From: Gemmatimonas sp.
GTDB lineage: Bacteria > Gemmatimonadota > Gemmatimonadetes > Gemmatimonadales > Gemmatimonadaceae
Assembly: GCA_965279375.1 (NCBI GenBank)
Contig: OZ257156.1
Span: forward strand, 448,001 to 512,000
Length of the DNA: 64,000 bases
Reading direction: 5' to 3'
Numbering within the stretch: the first letter of the stretch is position 1; the number at the start of each line of letters is the position of its first letter. Position numbers and translations under genes: made by a program. The notes beneath the pieces were generated by a model, which saw nothing but the letters and a program-made list of their open reading frames with translations, was not told the origin of the DNA and did no database searches. Below are positions 37,959-46,777 of this stretch, piece after piece.

Positions 37959-39413
37959 TCAGGGGCGCGGACGCCCCGGTGCACTGCTTCCGCGAGCGGA
38001 CAACCACGTCGCAATGATGTCGCGCACCTCCACGCCGGTGCTGTTGCGCACCACGCGCCCGAGCACGTCAGCGGTCACCGGCGTTGGCGAGTCAGCGCAC
38101 CACGACATCACGCCGCGCGCCACATCGCGAAAGGTACGCTTGCCCTTGGTGGCGCGGCGAATGCGCTGATCGATCGCTTCCGCCATCAGCCCGCCGCGCC
38201 CGAATACGGCCTGACTGATGCGAAAGTCGTCCGAATACTGATGCGACGCAACGGCGGACAGCGCGCCGGTCGTGCGGCCACCAAGCGGAGCGAGCGTGTC
38301 GAGCGCGGCCGCATCGAACCGGACGGCAGCGCGCGCACGCCGAAGCTGCTCCGCGTCCGCGCCCGTACCTGCGGCGATATCCGCCGCGATGTACTGCGCC
38401 CATCCCTCGGAGAACCAGATTCCTTCAATAGGCTCGGCGAAGTCCCACGTGAACGGATAGTAGCCCGCGGGTGCACACTGCTTGGGAAGCCAGCTGTGCA
38501 CGGTGTGATGCACGAGGTTGTAGTACGTGCGACTGCGACCGGCATCGCTCATGTCCACCTGGCCCAGTGCGAACCGGTAGGTGGCGCTCTCCAGATGCTC
38601 CATCGAGAAGCGATACTCGTGTGCGCTGGAGAGCGGCCGCAGTAGTTCGAACGATGTGGTGTAATGCGAAACCGGAATCGTCCCGAAGTAGTCCGCCGTG
38701 GCACGCAGCGCAGTCGCAGCGAGCTCCGCGAGGCTGTCGGCCGCGAACGGTTGCTCCGCGTACAGTGCCAGCGTGAACGGCACGGCACTCGACGCGTTGC
38801 TCAACACCAGATCGGGGCCAGCCATGATCTGCGCATCGGCAAGCGCGTAGAAGTTGCGGACATTCACACGAACGGAACCCGCCGATGCGCCGTGCACCAA
38901 CGTGGTCAGCACGCGCCATGACGACGGCACTTGCACGTCGAGCTGAATCGGCGCGTCGGTGAGTCCGTCCACGAAACCGAACACGGAGTATCCGAGCAAG
39001 CCGAGATATCCGGCGCGCACTCGACTGGCGTCGCCACCGTTGAGAATCTCGCGCTCCATGCGCGCGATGTTGACCTGGTATCGAATCGAGGCGAGGGAGT
39101 GCGCCGCGTCGGCGTCGATACGCCACCTCGGACCATCGAGATCGATGACCGTGAGCGCGTTCCCCGACGCATCACGCGCGTCCAAACCGCTGACGAATCG
39201 ATCGTACGGTTGCGTCCCGTATCCCATGGGGATCGCGCGCGGCATACCGAAATCGACACGGCGCCGGCGCGGCTGTGGCAGCGCGATCTCGATCGAGACC
39301 ATCGAGTCAGCCGCGGTGTCGTAGCGCACGCGATACGTGAGTACAGGAGGCTCCTGCACCGCGATCGTCACGGAAGCCAGCAGAGCAAGCAGCATGTGGT
39401 GTCCTCGAGACAT
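37959..39413 (-). CDS. M61 (glycyl aminopeptidase)-like protein with HHxxH in place of HExxH
   Basis: M61-like N-terminal domain, YALADA, SMEHLES, VHHTVHSW, WFSEGWAQY, FGRGGL..DQRIR. Confidence 0.75.
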   Translation of the reverse strand: MSRGHHMLLALLASVTIAVQEPPVLTYRVRYDTAADSMVSIEIALPQPRRRRVDFGMPRAIPMGYGTQPYDRFVSGLDARDASGNALTVIDLDGPRWRIDADAAHSLASIRYQVNIARMEREILNGGDASRVRAGYLGLLGYSVFGFVDGLTDAPIQLDVQVPSSWRVLTTLVHGASAGSVRVNVRNFYALADAQIMAGPDLVLSNASSAVPFTLALYAEQPFAADSLAELAATALRATADYFGTIPVSHYTTSFELLRPLSSAHEYRFSMEHLESATYRFALGQVDMSDAGRSRTYYNLVHHTVHSWLPKQCAPAGYYPFTWDFAEPIEGIWFSEGWAQYIAADIAAGTGADAEQLRRARAAVRFDAAALDTLAPLGGRTTGALSAVASHQYSDDFRISQAVFGRGGLMAEAIDQRIRRATKGKRTFRDVARGVMSWCADSPTPVTADVLGRVVRNSTGVEVRDIIATWLSARGSSAPGRPRP

Positions 39414-39525
39414 GTCTTCGCGATGCGATGACCGTGCCTGCGTGATTCCGTTTGTCAGGCTGGCCGGACTCCATGGTACGCTGCGGCGTGATCCCTTGCC
39501 AACCGTTCTTCGCGCCGAGCACTAT

Positions 39526-40095
39526 ATGGCCATGCCCGCAACGCAATCGCATCGGTGGACAGCGGACGACGTCCGCGCGCTTCCCGACGAACCAGGAAAG
39601 CGCTTCGAGTGCGTTGACGGCGAGCTGCTGGTGAGTCCCGGACCGCGACTGCCGCATCAGTCCGCAGTATTTCTGTTGACGCGAGACCTGGACGGATACT
39701 GCCGGTCGCAGGGCGTCGGGTCGGTTTTCACTGGCCCAGGCGAACTGGAGCTCGACCGCTACACGCTCGTGCAGCCCGACGTCTTCGTGTTGCCGCTGGT
39801 CGATGGCAAGCGAGCCGTTACGCAGGAAGCGGCGGGACATCCTCTGCTGTTCGTCGAGGTGCTCTCACCTGGAACGGCGCGCTACGATCGGGTGGTCAAG
39901 CGCGGGCGCTATCAGCGCTACTGCGTCGAATACTGGATCGCCGACCTCGACGCGCGCGTCATCGAACGGTGGACGCCGTCCACCGACCGACCGGAGATCC
40001 TGACCGGCTCGATGACATGGCAGCCCGAGTCGTCGCTCGCGCCGCTCACGATCGATCTCGACGCGCTGTTCGGAGAGGCGCTGGGCGAGCGCTAA
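39526..40095 (+). CDS. Uma2-family PD-(D/E)XK endonuclease
   Basis: WTADD, ECVDGEL.VSP.P...HQ, VQPDV, VEVLSPGT..YDR..KR..Y, EYWIAD. Confidence 0.9.
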   Translation: MAMPATQSHRWTADDVRALPDEPGKRFECVDGELLVSPGPRLPHQSAVFLLTRDLDGYCRSQGVGSVFTGPGELELDRYTLVQPDVFVLPLVDGKRAVTQEAAGHPLLFVEVLSPGTARYDRVVKRGRYQRYCVEYWIADLDARVIERWTPSTDRPEILTGSMTWQPESSLAPLTIDLDALFGEALGER

Positions 40096-40099
40096 TCAG

Positions 40100-41287
40100 T
40101 CAGCGCTTTTCCCACGGATTCGCGAACGCCGGATTCCGCAGGAACGTCGAGTCGGTGAGCGTCTCGAGAAACGCCAGCAGATCCGCCTTGTCCGTGGCGG
40201 ACATCGCAAAGCCGTGCACACTCGGCGCCTTGTTGGGGTTGTTGCGCCCCACGCCGGCGTTGGGACCGCTGGCGATGGTGCGTCCGCCGGCGGCGTAGTG
40301 ATCGAGCACCTCGCCCAGCGTCGCGATGGATCCGTCGTGCATGTAGGGCGCGGTCACCGCGATGTTGCGCAGCGTCGGCACGCGGAACTTGCCTACGTCG
40401 GATTCGCGCCCGGTGATCGCATGCACGCCAGTATTGCTGGCTGGATAGGAGACAGGCCCCGGGATGTTGTAGAGTCCTGTGTTGAAGAAGGAGACCCGAG
40501 CATTGTCGTGGTCGGCATAGCGCACGTCGCCGTTGAAATTCCAGCCGCCGTGGCACTGGAAGCAGGCGCCGCGTTGCCCCGAGAAGAAAAAGATCTCGCC
40601 GCGCTTGGCCGCCGGTGAGATCGCATCGCGCTCGCCGCCGTAGCGATACCGATCGTACGGGGAGCGCAGCGAGATGAGCGTTCGTTCAAAGGCGGCGATA
40701 GCTCGCGTGATGTTCTCCAGCGAGACCTTCTCGTGCTCCGTCGGGAAGGCGCGCGCGAACAACCGTCGATACAGCCCGTCGTTTGAAATCGTGCGCATCA
40801 ACGCGTCCTGGCGACCGCCCAGCCCAAGCTCGATGGGGTGCGCTGCGAACATCGGCACGAGCGCCTGGCTTTCGAGCCACTGCATTGGGGGGTTAGCCCA
40901 AGTCAGCACCGGATTGTACCCGGCATTTGCCAGACTCATGCTGCCGCGCGGATGCTGCTCGCCCGTGGCACCTACTGCGCTCGCCTTGCCATCGGTGAAC
41001 GCGAGTTCCTGCCGATGGCAGCTCGCGCACGACTGCTTTCCGTTGCCCGACAGGCGTTGATCGTAGAACAACCGTCGTCCCAGTTCGACCTTGGCCGCAT
41101 TCATGGGATTGTCCGCAGGCACAAAGGGCGCAGGGAACGGCTTGGGCACATCGAAGACAAACGGCGCGTCCTGCGCGCGCACGCCACGCGTCGTGAAGGG
41201 TGCCGACCCCAATGGCGCCGTCGCATGCGGCACCAGCGAGAGCAGGATCAGCAGCGCGATCGCGCTCGGGATACTCATCCGCTTCAT
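40100..41287 (-). CDS. mbnH: Di-heme cytochrome c peroxidase-family enzyme, MbnH-like
   Basis: CASCH and CFQCH; PADNPM..KVELGRRLFYD, LTWANP, QALVPMF, PTLRNIAVTAPYMHDGS; signal peptide. Confidence 0.8.
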   Translation of the reverse strand: MKRMSIPSAIALLILLSLVPHATAPLGSAPFTTRGVRAQDAPFVFDVPKPFPAPFVPADNPMNAAKVELGRRLFYDQRLSGNGKQSCASCHRQELAFTDGKASAVGATGEQHPRGSMSLANAGYNPVLTWANPPMQWLESQALVPMFAAHPIELGLGGRQDALMRTISNDGLYRRLFARAFPTEHEKVSLENITRAIAAFERTLISLRSPYDRYRYGGERDAISPAAKRGEIFFFSGQRGACFQCHGGWNFNGDVRYADHDNARVSFFNTGLYNIPGPVSYPASNTGVHAITGRESDVGKFRVPTLRNIAVTAPYMHDGSIATLGEVLDHYAAGGRTIASGPNAGVGRNNPNKAPSVHGFAMSATDKADLLAFLETLTDSTFLRNPAFANPWEKR

Positions 41288-41296
41288 CGGTGATGC

Positions 41297-41851
41297 CTAC
41301 TTGCTCACCTGCACGACGGTGAGCGACGACAACAGTCGCACCGAGCGCGCGCCGCGCTTGTCCTTGGGCACGACAAGTCGGAACGCGCCCTGCTCGCCAA
41401 AGAGCGGCTGCCCGTTGGCGCTGTCGGCCAGCAGGTACTGCCCGTCCGTGAGATCGGGATCGAGCTCGCCCAGCGAGAACACCACCTGATAGCCATCGCT
41501 GGCTGCTGCGATCAGGTACCCGGCGAGGGCACGGCCGCGCATCCCTGCGCCAAAAGGGACGCCCGCGCGCTTGAGCACCTCGGAAATCAGCACGCCGCTG
41601 TACGTCGTAACGATCCCGTTGCTGGTGGTGCTCACGGTGACACGCGGCATGGCCGCGAGATCGCTCGCCGACAACGTGAGCGGCGTCGGGACGGCACCAG
41701 TGATCGAGACTGTCGGCGCGCTTGCTGTAGCCTGCTGCGCCCGTGCGCTGCTCGTGACGGGCGACGGCGCCGCGGCGACGACTGCCCAGAGGAGCGCGAG
41801 CCCGCGGAGCCGGTGCGACCACTCAGACGAATGTCGGGAAGCGAAACTCAT
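41297..41851 (-). CDS. Secreted molybdopterin-binding-oxidoreductase-like domain protein (no Cys)
   Basis: YSGV..SEVL, ASDGYQVVFS..ELDP, NGQPL, FRLVVP.DKRGARSVR. Start uncertain. Confidence 0.75.
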   Translation of the reverse strand: MSFASRHSSEWSHRLRGLALLWAVVAAAPSPVTSSARAQQATASAPTVSITGAVPTPLTLSASDLAAMPRVTVSTTSNGIVTTYSGVLISEVLKRAGVPFGAGMRGRALAGYLIAAASDGYQVVFSLGELDPDLTDGQYLLADSANGQPLFGEQGAFRLVVPKDKRGARSVRLLSSLTVVQVSK

Positions 41852-41981
41852 CGCGTTGGCAGGCATTGGCATGGCGTTGGTCAGCGCGCAGAATGTGGCA
41901 GACTCTGAAACCCGTGCTCCGCCGAACATCGGGCCCGGCGCGCGCGTAGATCGAAAGTTACTTCCCCTCACCACTGTCTAC

Positions 41982-44435
41982 ATGCGACGCCTACTGACCG
42001 CTGTGTCCCTCGCCGTCCCGTCCCTGCTCGGCGCGCAGACCTTCGACTTCTCCATCAAGAATATGATGCGCGGCCCGGAGGTCTACGGGCGCGAGCCGGC
42101 CAACGTGCGCTGGAGCGCTGACGGCAAGTTCGTCTACTTCAACTGGCTGCCGGCCGGTTCGGATTGGCGAGACCAGCTCAAGCCGTATCGCGTGCGCGCG
42201 GTGCCGGGGGCGAAGCCGGAGCTGGTGACCGAGGCGCAGCTCGATTCGGTGGGGCCGCTGCTGGTGCAGGGCGTGCCGTCCCCCGATCGCACGCGTCGAC
42301 TCATCGAGTATCGCGGCGACGTGTACCTGATGGATGTGAAGAAGGGCACGCTGCGACATCTCACGGAAACGTTGGCGCAGGAGTCAAGCGCGCGCTGGTC
42401 GCCGGACGGGCAGCGCGTGTTGTTCGTGCGTGACGGGAATGGGTACTCCATCGAGCTCAGCACAGGACTCGAGAAGCAGCTGACGGACATCCGCACAGCA
42501 GACGCGGGCGCGGCGGCCGCCGCTGCTCCGGCGTTCGGTCGTGGCGGTGGTGGCGGCGCGCAGGGTGGCGGGCGTGGTGCAGCTGGCGCACCGCCGGTGG
42601 GCGGTCGCGGTGCGGCCGGCGGCGCGCAGGGTGGCCGAGGAGGCGACACGCAACGCAGTGCGCTCGAGCGCGATCAGCGGCAGCTGTTCGAGGTCATTCG
42701 TGACAACGCGCGCGCCGATTCCATCCGGCGTGCTGATGCAGCGGCACGCGCCGCTGCGCCGATCAAGAGCGCACTGCTTGGTGCAGGCGAACGACTGGGC
42801 CAGGTGTCGGTGAGTCCGGCCGGCAACGCCGTGATCTTCACGACGACCACTGCCGCTGCAGATGCGCGCGCGGGTATCGTCCCCAACTACGTCACGGCCA
42901 GCGGCTTCACCGAGGACATTCCCAATCGCACCAAGGTGGGCGATGCGCAGAACGTCTCGCGCATTGGCTATCAGTCGTTGCCCAAGGGCGACGTGAAGTG
43001 GCTGCGCACGATCGACTCCGATTCGCTGATCGCCAACTCCAACGTGGTGGCGTGGAACGACGCGGGCACGCAGGCGCTCGTCGTCGGCTCGAGCCGCAAC
43101 TTCAAGACGCGGCAGCTCTCCGCGCTGGATGCGGCCACCGGCACGCTGACGGCGCTCGAAGTGCTGAAGGACAGCGCGTGGGTGGGCGGCCCGTGCGGCT
43201 TCGGCTGCGCGGGCTTCTACGACGGCGACAAGCGCGTGTACTGGGTGAGCGAAGCGAGTGGCTACGCACAGCTCTGGTCGGCGGCAGCGGACGGCACCGA
43301 CAAGAAGCAGCTGACGTCCGGCAACTTCGAGATCTACGACCTCGCGCTCTCCAACGATCGGCAGTCGTTCCTGTTTCACTCGAGCGAAGTCTCGCCGTTC
43401 GATCGCGACCTGTGGAGCATGAAGATCACTGGCGGCGCGCGCACCAAGCTCACGCCGCAGGTTGGCGGCCATCAGGTGGCGCTCTCGCCCGACGAGCAGT
43501 GGATGGCCGACGTCTATTCTCGCACCAACCGCCCGCCTGAGCTCTATCTCGTCAAGCGTGGTGCGACTTCGATGCCTGAGCCCGTGACGACATCGCCCAC
43601 GGCCGAATTCCTCTCGTACAAGTGGCGCGATCCGGAGATCGTGCAGATCCCTGCATCTGACGGTGTGAAGGTGCCAGCGCACTTCTACAAGCCCGCCGAT
43701 TTCGGCGTGCCGTCCAATGGGGCCGCTGTCATCTTCGTGCACGGCGCTGGCTACATGCACAACATCCATCACTACTGGAAGAGTTCGTACCCGCGCGAGT
43801 ACATGTTCAACCACTATCTCGCGTCCAAGGGCTACACGGTCATCGACGTGGACTACCGCGGCAGCGCGGGCTACAGCCGCGATTGGCGCACGGCGATCTA
43901 CCGCTTCATGGGCGGTCGTGACCTGCAGGATCAGGTGGACGCCTCCAAGTACCTCACGGCCAACTTCGGCATCGCGCCGGAGCGCATCGGCATGTACGGA
44001 GGCAGCTACGGCGGCTTCATGACGCTGATGGCGCTCTTCACCGAGCCCAAGTACTTCGGCGCCGGCGCCGCGCTGCGTTCGGTCACCGACTGGGCGCACT
44101 ACAACCACGGCTACACGGGGCAGATTCTCAACCTGCCGCAGAACGACTCCATCGCGTACCACCGGTCCTCGCCGATTTTCCATGCGGAAGGGCTCGAGGA
44201 TCCGCTGCTGATGCTGCACGGCATGATCGACACGAACGTCAACTTCCAGGACATCGTGCGGCTAACGCAGCGTCTCATCGAGCTGGGGAAGACCGATTGG
44301 GACCTCGCCGTCTTCCCGGTCGAGGATCACTCCTTCACCCGTCCATCGTCGTGGGCTGACGAGTATCGCCGCATCTTCGAGTTCTTCGAGAAGACGGTCG
44401 GCCCCAAGGGATCGAAGGCGAAGTCCGCCCCGTAG
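41982..44435 (+). CDS. Secreted S9 peptidase (DPP IV-like, beta-propeller plus alpha/beta hydrolase)
   Basis: WSADG/WSPDG repeats, FVHGAGY, DYRGSAGY, GGSYGG, HGMIDTNV, EDHSF. Confidence 0.92.
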   Translation: MRRLLTAVSLAVPSLLGAQTFDFSIKNMMRGPEVYGREPANVRWSADGKFVYFNWLPAGSDWRDQLKPYRVRAVPGAKPELVTEAQLDSVGPLLVQGVPSPDRTRRLIEYRGDVYLMDVKKGTLRHLTETLAQESSARWSPDGQRVLFVRDGNGYSIELSTGLEKQLTDIRTADAGAAAAAAPAFGRGGGGGAQGGGRGAAGAPPVGGRGAAGGAQGGRGGDTQRSALERDQRQLFEVIRDNARADSIRRADAAARAAAPIKSALLGAGERLGQVSVSPAGNAVIFTTTTAAADARAGIVPNYVTASGFTEDIPNRTKVGDAQNVSRIGYQSLPKGDVKWLRTIDSDSLIANSNVVAWNDAGTQALVVGSSRNFKTRQLSALDAATGTLTALEVLKDSAWVGGPCGFGCAGFYDGDKRVYWVSEASGYAQLWSAAADGTDKKQLTSGNFEIYDLALSNDRQSFLFHSSEVSPFDRDLWSMKITGGARTKLTPQVGGHQVALSPDEQWMADVYSRTNRPPELYLVKRGATSMPEPVTTSPTAEFLSYKWRDPEIVQIPASDGVKVPAHFYKPADFGVPSNGAAVIFVHGAGYMHNIHHYWKSSYPREYMFNHYLASKGYTVIDVDYRGSAGYSRDWRTAIYRFMGGRDLQDQVDASKYLTANFGIAPERIGMYGGSYGGFMTLMALFTEPKYFGAGAALRSVTDWAHYNHGYTGQILNLPQNDSIAYHRSSPIFHAEGLEDPLLMLHGMIDTNVNFQDIVRLTQRLIELGKTDWDLAVFPVEDHSFTRPSSWADEYRRIFEFFEKTVGPKGSKAKSAP

Positions 44436-45397
44436 CCGCTCTCGTCGAGAAGGCGCTGCGGATCCTTCGTGTTGAAGATCTCTCGTAACGCGGCGGTCTT
44501 GTCGGTCTGCTTGGCGTAGTACGCCTGCGCGACGCGGTAGCCCATGTAGTAGCCCAGATCCTTCGGGCGCGCGTTCACGTCCTTGCTCGAGAACCACCCC
44601 TCGAACGAGGACGTGAGCATCGCGCCGCGAAATTCCTCCCAGAGCTGCTGTTCGCGTCCGGGCTTGGCGTGCACCCACGCGTGCAGGTGAGCGTTGATGT
44701 TGTCCCCGGTGAGCAACTCGGCGACGAAGTCCGCGCCGCCCTCCCGCAGCGACTGCGCGAGCAGCGTGTTCTGGCCAATGTGCTGCTGGTAGTGAATGAG
44801 CTCGTGCGCCACGATGGCCGGGACCCGACTCACCGGCGCCAGCACCTGCTTGAGCCAATCCGACAGCCCGGCCAGCGCCGCGTCGCTCGTGCGTCCGTAC
44901 ATCTCGGCGCCGATCAGCAGTCCACTCGGCCCCGTGGTACCGCCCGACGACAGGCGGCCAATCACGAAGTACACGTCGGGGAAGACCGCGTCCGGATAGA
45001 GCTCGTGCAGCTTATCGAAGGCCGCACGGATTCTGGGCTCATCCTGCGCGATCTGTCGCGTGCTCTCGCGCGCCGATTCGTAGTAGCCCGGCACCTTGTC
45101 GATGGTCAGCGCGAAGGTTTTCGCATCGGTCAGCCGCAAGCGGATCCAGTCCTTGAGCCCCGGCGTCGCTGGTTTGAAGTACAGCGAGTCCATCGCGCGC
45201 GCGGTCCCCAGTTCGGCGCGCGCGTCGAACGCCTGCCAGAAACGATCGATGTCCTCGGTGATGAGCCGAGCGGCGAGGGGATCGCGACCGGTCTGCGCAG
45301 CGGCTGGCGTGGCGTCGAGGGACGCGATGATCCCAGCGAAAGAGAGCGCGACGAGGAGGCGAGCGGCTGAGCGACGTGCTGAGCACTGTGCAGTCAT
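44327..45397 (-). CDS. Secreted putative Zn-dependent protease (DUF2268/GldB-like)
   Basis: EDIDRFWQAFD, FPDVYFVIG..SSGGT, AHELIHYQQ, EGGADF, DLGYYMGY. The 3' end overlaps the S9 gene by 109 bp. Confidence 0.82.
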   Translation of the reverse strand: MTAQCSARRSAARLLVALSFAGIIASLDATPAAAQTGRDPLAARLITEDIDRFWQAFDARAELGTARAMDSLYFKPATPGLKDWIRLRLTDAKTFALTIDKVPGYYESARESTRQIAQDEPRIRAAFDKLHELYPDAVFPDVYFVIGRLSSGGTTGPSGLLIGAEMYGRTSDAALAGLSDWLKQVLAPVSRVPAIVAHELIHYQQHIGQNTLLAQSLREGGADFVAELLTGDNINAHLHAWVHAKPGREQQLWEEFRGAMLTSSFEGWFSSKDVNARPKDLGYYMGYRVAQAYYAKQTDKTAALREIFNTKDPQRLLDESGYGADFAFDPLGPTVFSKNSKMRRYSSAHDDGRVKE

Positions 45398-45574
45398 GAA
45401 CAGTTTGACTGGGGTGCGTTGTTAGAGGGTTTGAACTCGGCAGCGGGTCGCCGCTCCAACAGGTCGGAGTGCAGTTTCTGGTGGAGGCACATCCAGATGC
45501 CGGCAGCATCCGTAGCGAACGAGTAAGCTGCGCCAAAGAACCGGTCGTGTCACCATACCCCCACGAGACATTTC

Positions 45575-46393
45575 ATGAGTCGATTACCGATCGCTGTGCT
45601 CGCACTCTCGACGCTCGCGCTCGCCGCGCCGCTCGCTGCGCACGACATGTTTTGGCGCCTCACATCGTACTTCGTCGCGCCATCCGCACCCGCTGTCCTG
45701 CCGGTGCTCAACGGCACGTTCTCGCGCAGTGAGAACTCGATCGCGTGGTCACGGGTGTCGGACCTCAGCGTTCTATCGCCGGCGGGCAGAGCACCGATGG
45801 ATAGCGCGCACTGGAAGACAGCGGGCGACACCAGCCTGCTGGAGTACACCACCAGCGCCACTGGCACGTACGTCGTTGGTCTGTCCACGAAGCCAACAGA
45901 GTTCCAGCTCGATGCCAAGGCATTCAACAGCTACCTCGCGGACGACGGCATCCCCGACATTCTCGCGCAACGCCGGAAGGACGGGTCCTTGGGCAAGACG
46001 GCGCGCGAGCGCTACTCCAAGCACATCAAGGCGATCTTCCAGGTGGGCGCCACGCGAAGCGACGGTTGGAAGTCGGTCCTCGGCTACCCGGCCGAGCTGG
46101 TCCCGCTCGACAACCCGTACACTCTCGCCCCGGGCGCCACGCTGCGACTGCGCTGCCTGGTGGACGGGAAGCCGGTCGCCAATCAACTCGTCGTCATCGG
46201 CGGTCGCGCTGGTACGACCGGCGACACGCGCCTCCCATCGCGCGAAGTGCGCAGCGACGCCGACGGCATCGCTACCGTGCCGCTCGCCAAGGCAGGGCGC
46301 TGGTACGTCAAGTTCATTCACATGGTGCCGGTCGCTGACGGACGCGTCGACTACGAGTCCAAGTGGGCAACGATCACCTTCGAGGTACGCTGA
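45575..46393 (+). CDS. DUF4198 domain periplasmic protein (family associated with Ni/Co uptake)
   Basis: Signal peptide then mature N-terminal His (AHDMFW), FNSYL.DDG, ERYSKH.K, ELVPLDNPY, YESKWATITF. Confidence 0.85.
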   Translation: MSRLPIAVLALSTLALAAPLAAHDMFWRLTSYFVAPSAPAVLPVLNGTFSRSENSIAWSRVSDLSVLSPAGRAPMDSAHWKTAGDTSLLEYTTSATGTYVVGLSTKPTEFQLDAKAFNSYLADDGIPDILAQRRKDGSLGKTARERYSKHIKAIFQVGATRSDGWKSVLGYPAELVPLDNPYTLAPGATLRLRCLVDGKPVANQLVVIGGRAGTTGDTRLPSREVRSDADGIATVPLAKAGRWYVKFIHMVPVADGRVDYESKWATITFEVR

Positions 46394-46412
46394 AGGCGAC
46401 GTTGGAACTCCC

Positions 46413-46743
46413 TTGCAGCTCGACCTGCGAGCCAATCTCTGCCACGCGATTGGGTGGCAGCTGAAAAAGCTGCTGGCGGGGCGCGCATCATGACGGCGAG
46501 ATACTTGATGCGCACCACCAGCACGAGCGACCACAGAAACAGCGATACCACGCCAAGCGGCTTCGCCCTGTTCGGATCGATGCCGTAGCCACCGACAAAC
46601 GCGTCCTGCAGCGCGTGCAGCGGGCTCGTGCCAAGGTGTCCGAAGACCACGCCCATCGCGCCGAGTGCGAGCGCGATGGTGCCGGAGGTATGCGCGGCGG
46701 CGGCGGTAGCTCGCGGCGATTTGGAAGAGCGATTGACGGACAG
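46413..46743 (-). pseudogene. kup: kup (KUP/HAK/KT K+ transporter) remnant: N-terminus fused to extreme C-terminus
   Basis: Minus strand encodes LALGAMGVVFGHLGTSPLHAL...LGVVSLFLWSLVLVVRIKYLAVMMRA (Kup start). It is followed directly, with frameshifts, by ARPASSFF/QLPPNRVAEIGSQVEL (Kup end). Confidence 0.88.
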
Positions 46744-46777
46744 CTGCTGCGGGAGAGTCGTGAAGAGGGGGACCGTC

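Noticed and set aside
39526..40095. Uma2 nuclease as part of a defence system or mobile element
   Set aside because: It is solitary, with no methylase, helicase, integrase or flanking repeats. Such genes are commonly scattered.
40100..41287. Methanobactin biosynthetic cluster
   Set aside because: No precursor peptide, MbnB/C or MbnP is recognisable nearby; only the di-heme enzyme is present.
46351..46656. 101-aa ORF as an intact small membrane protein
   Set aside because: It is better explained as a decayed, internally deleted kup.
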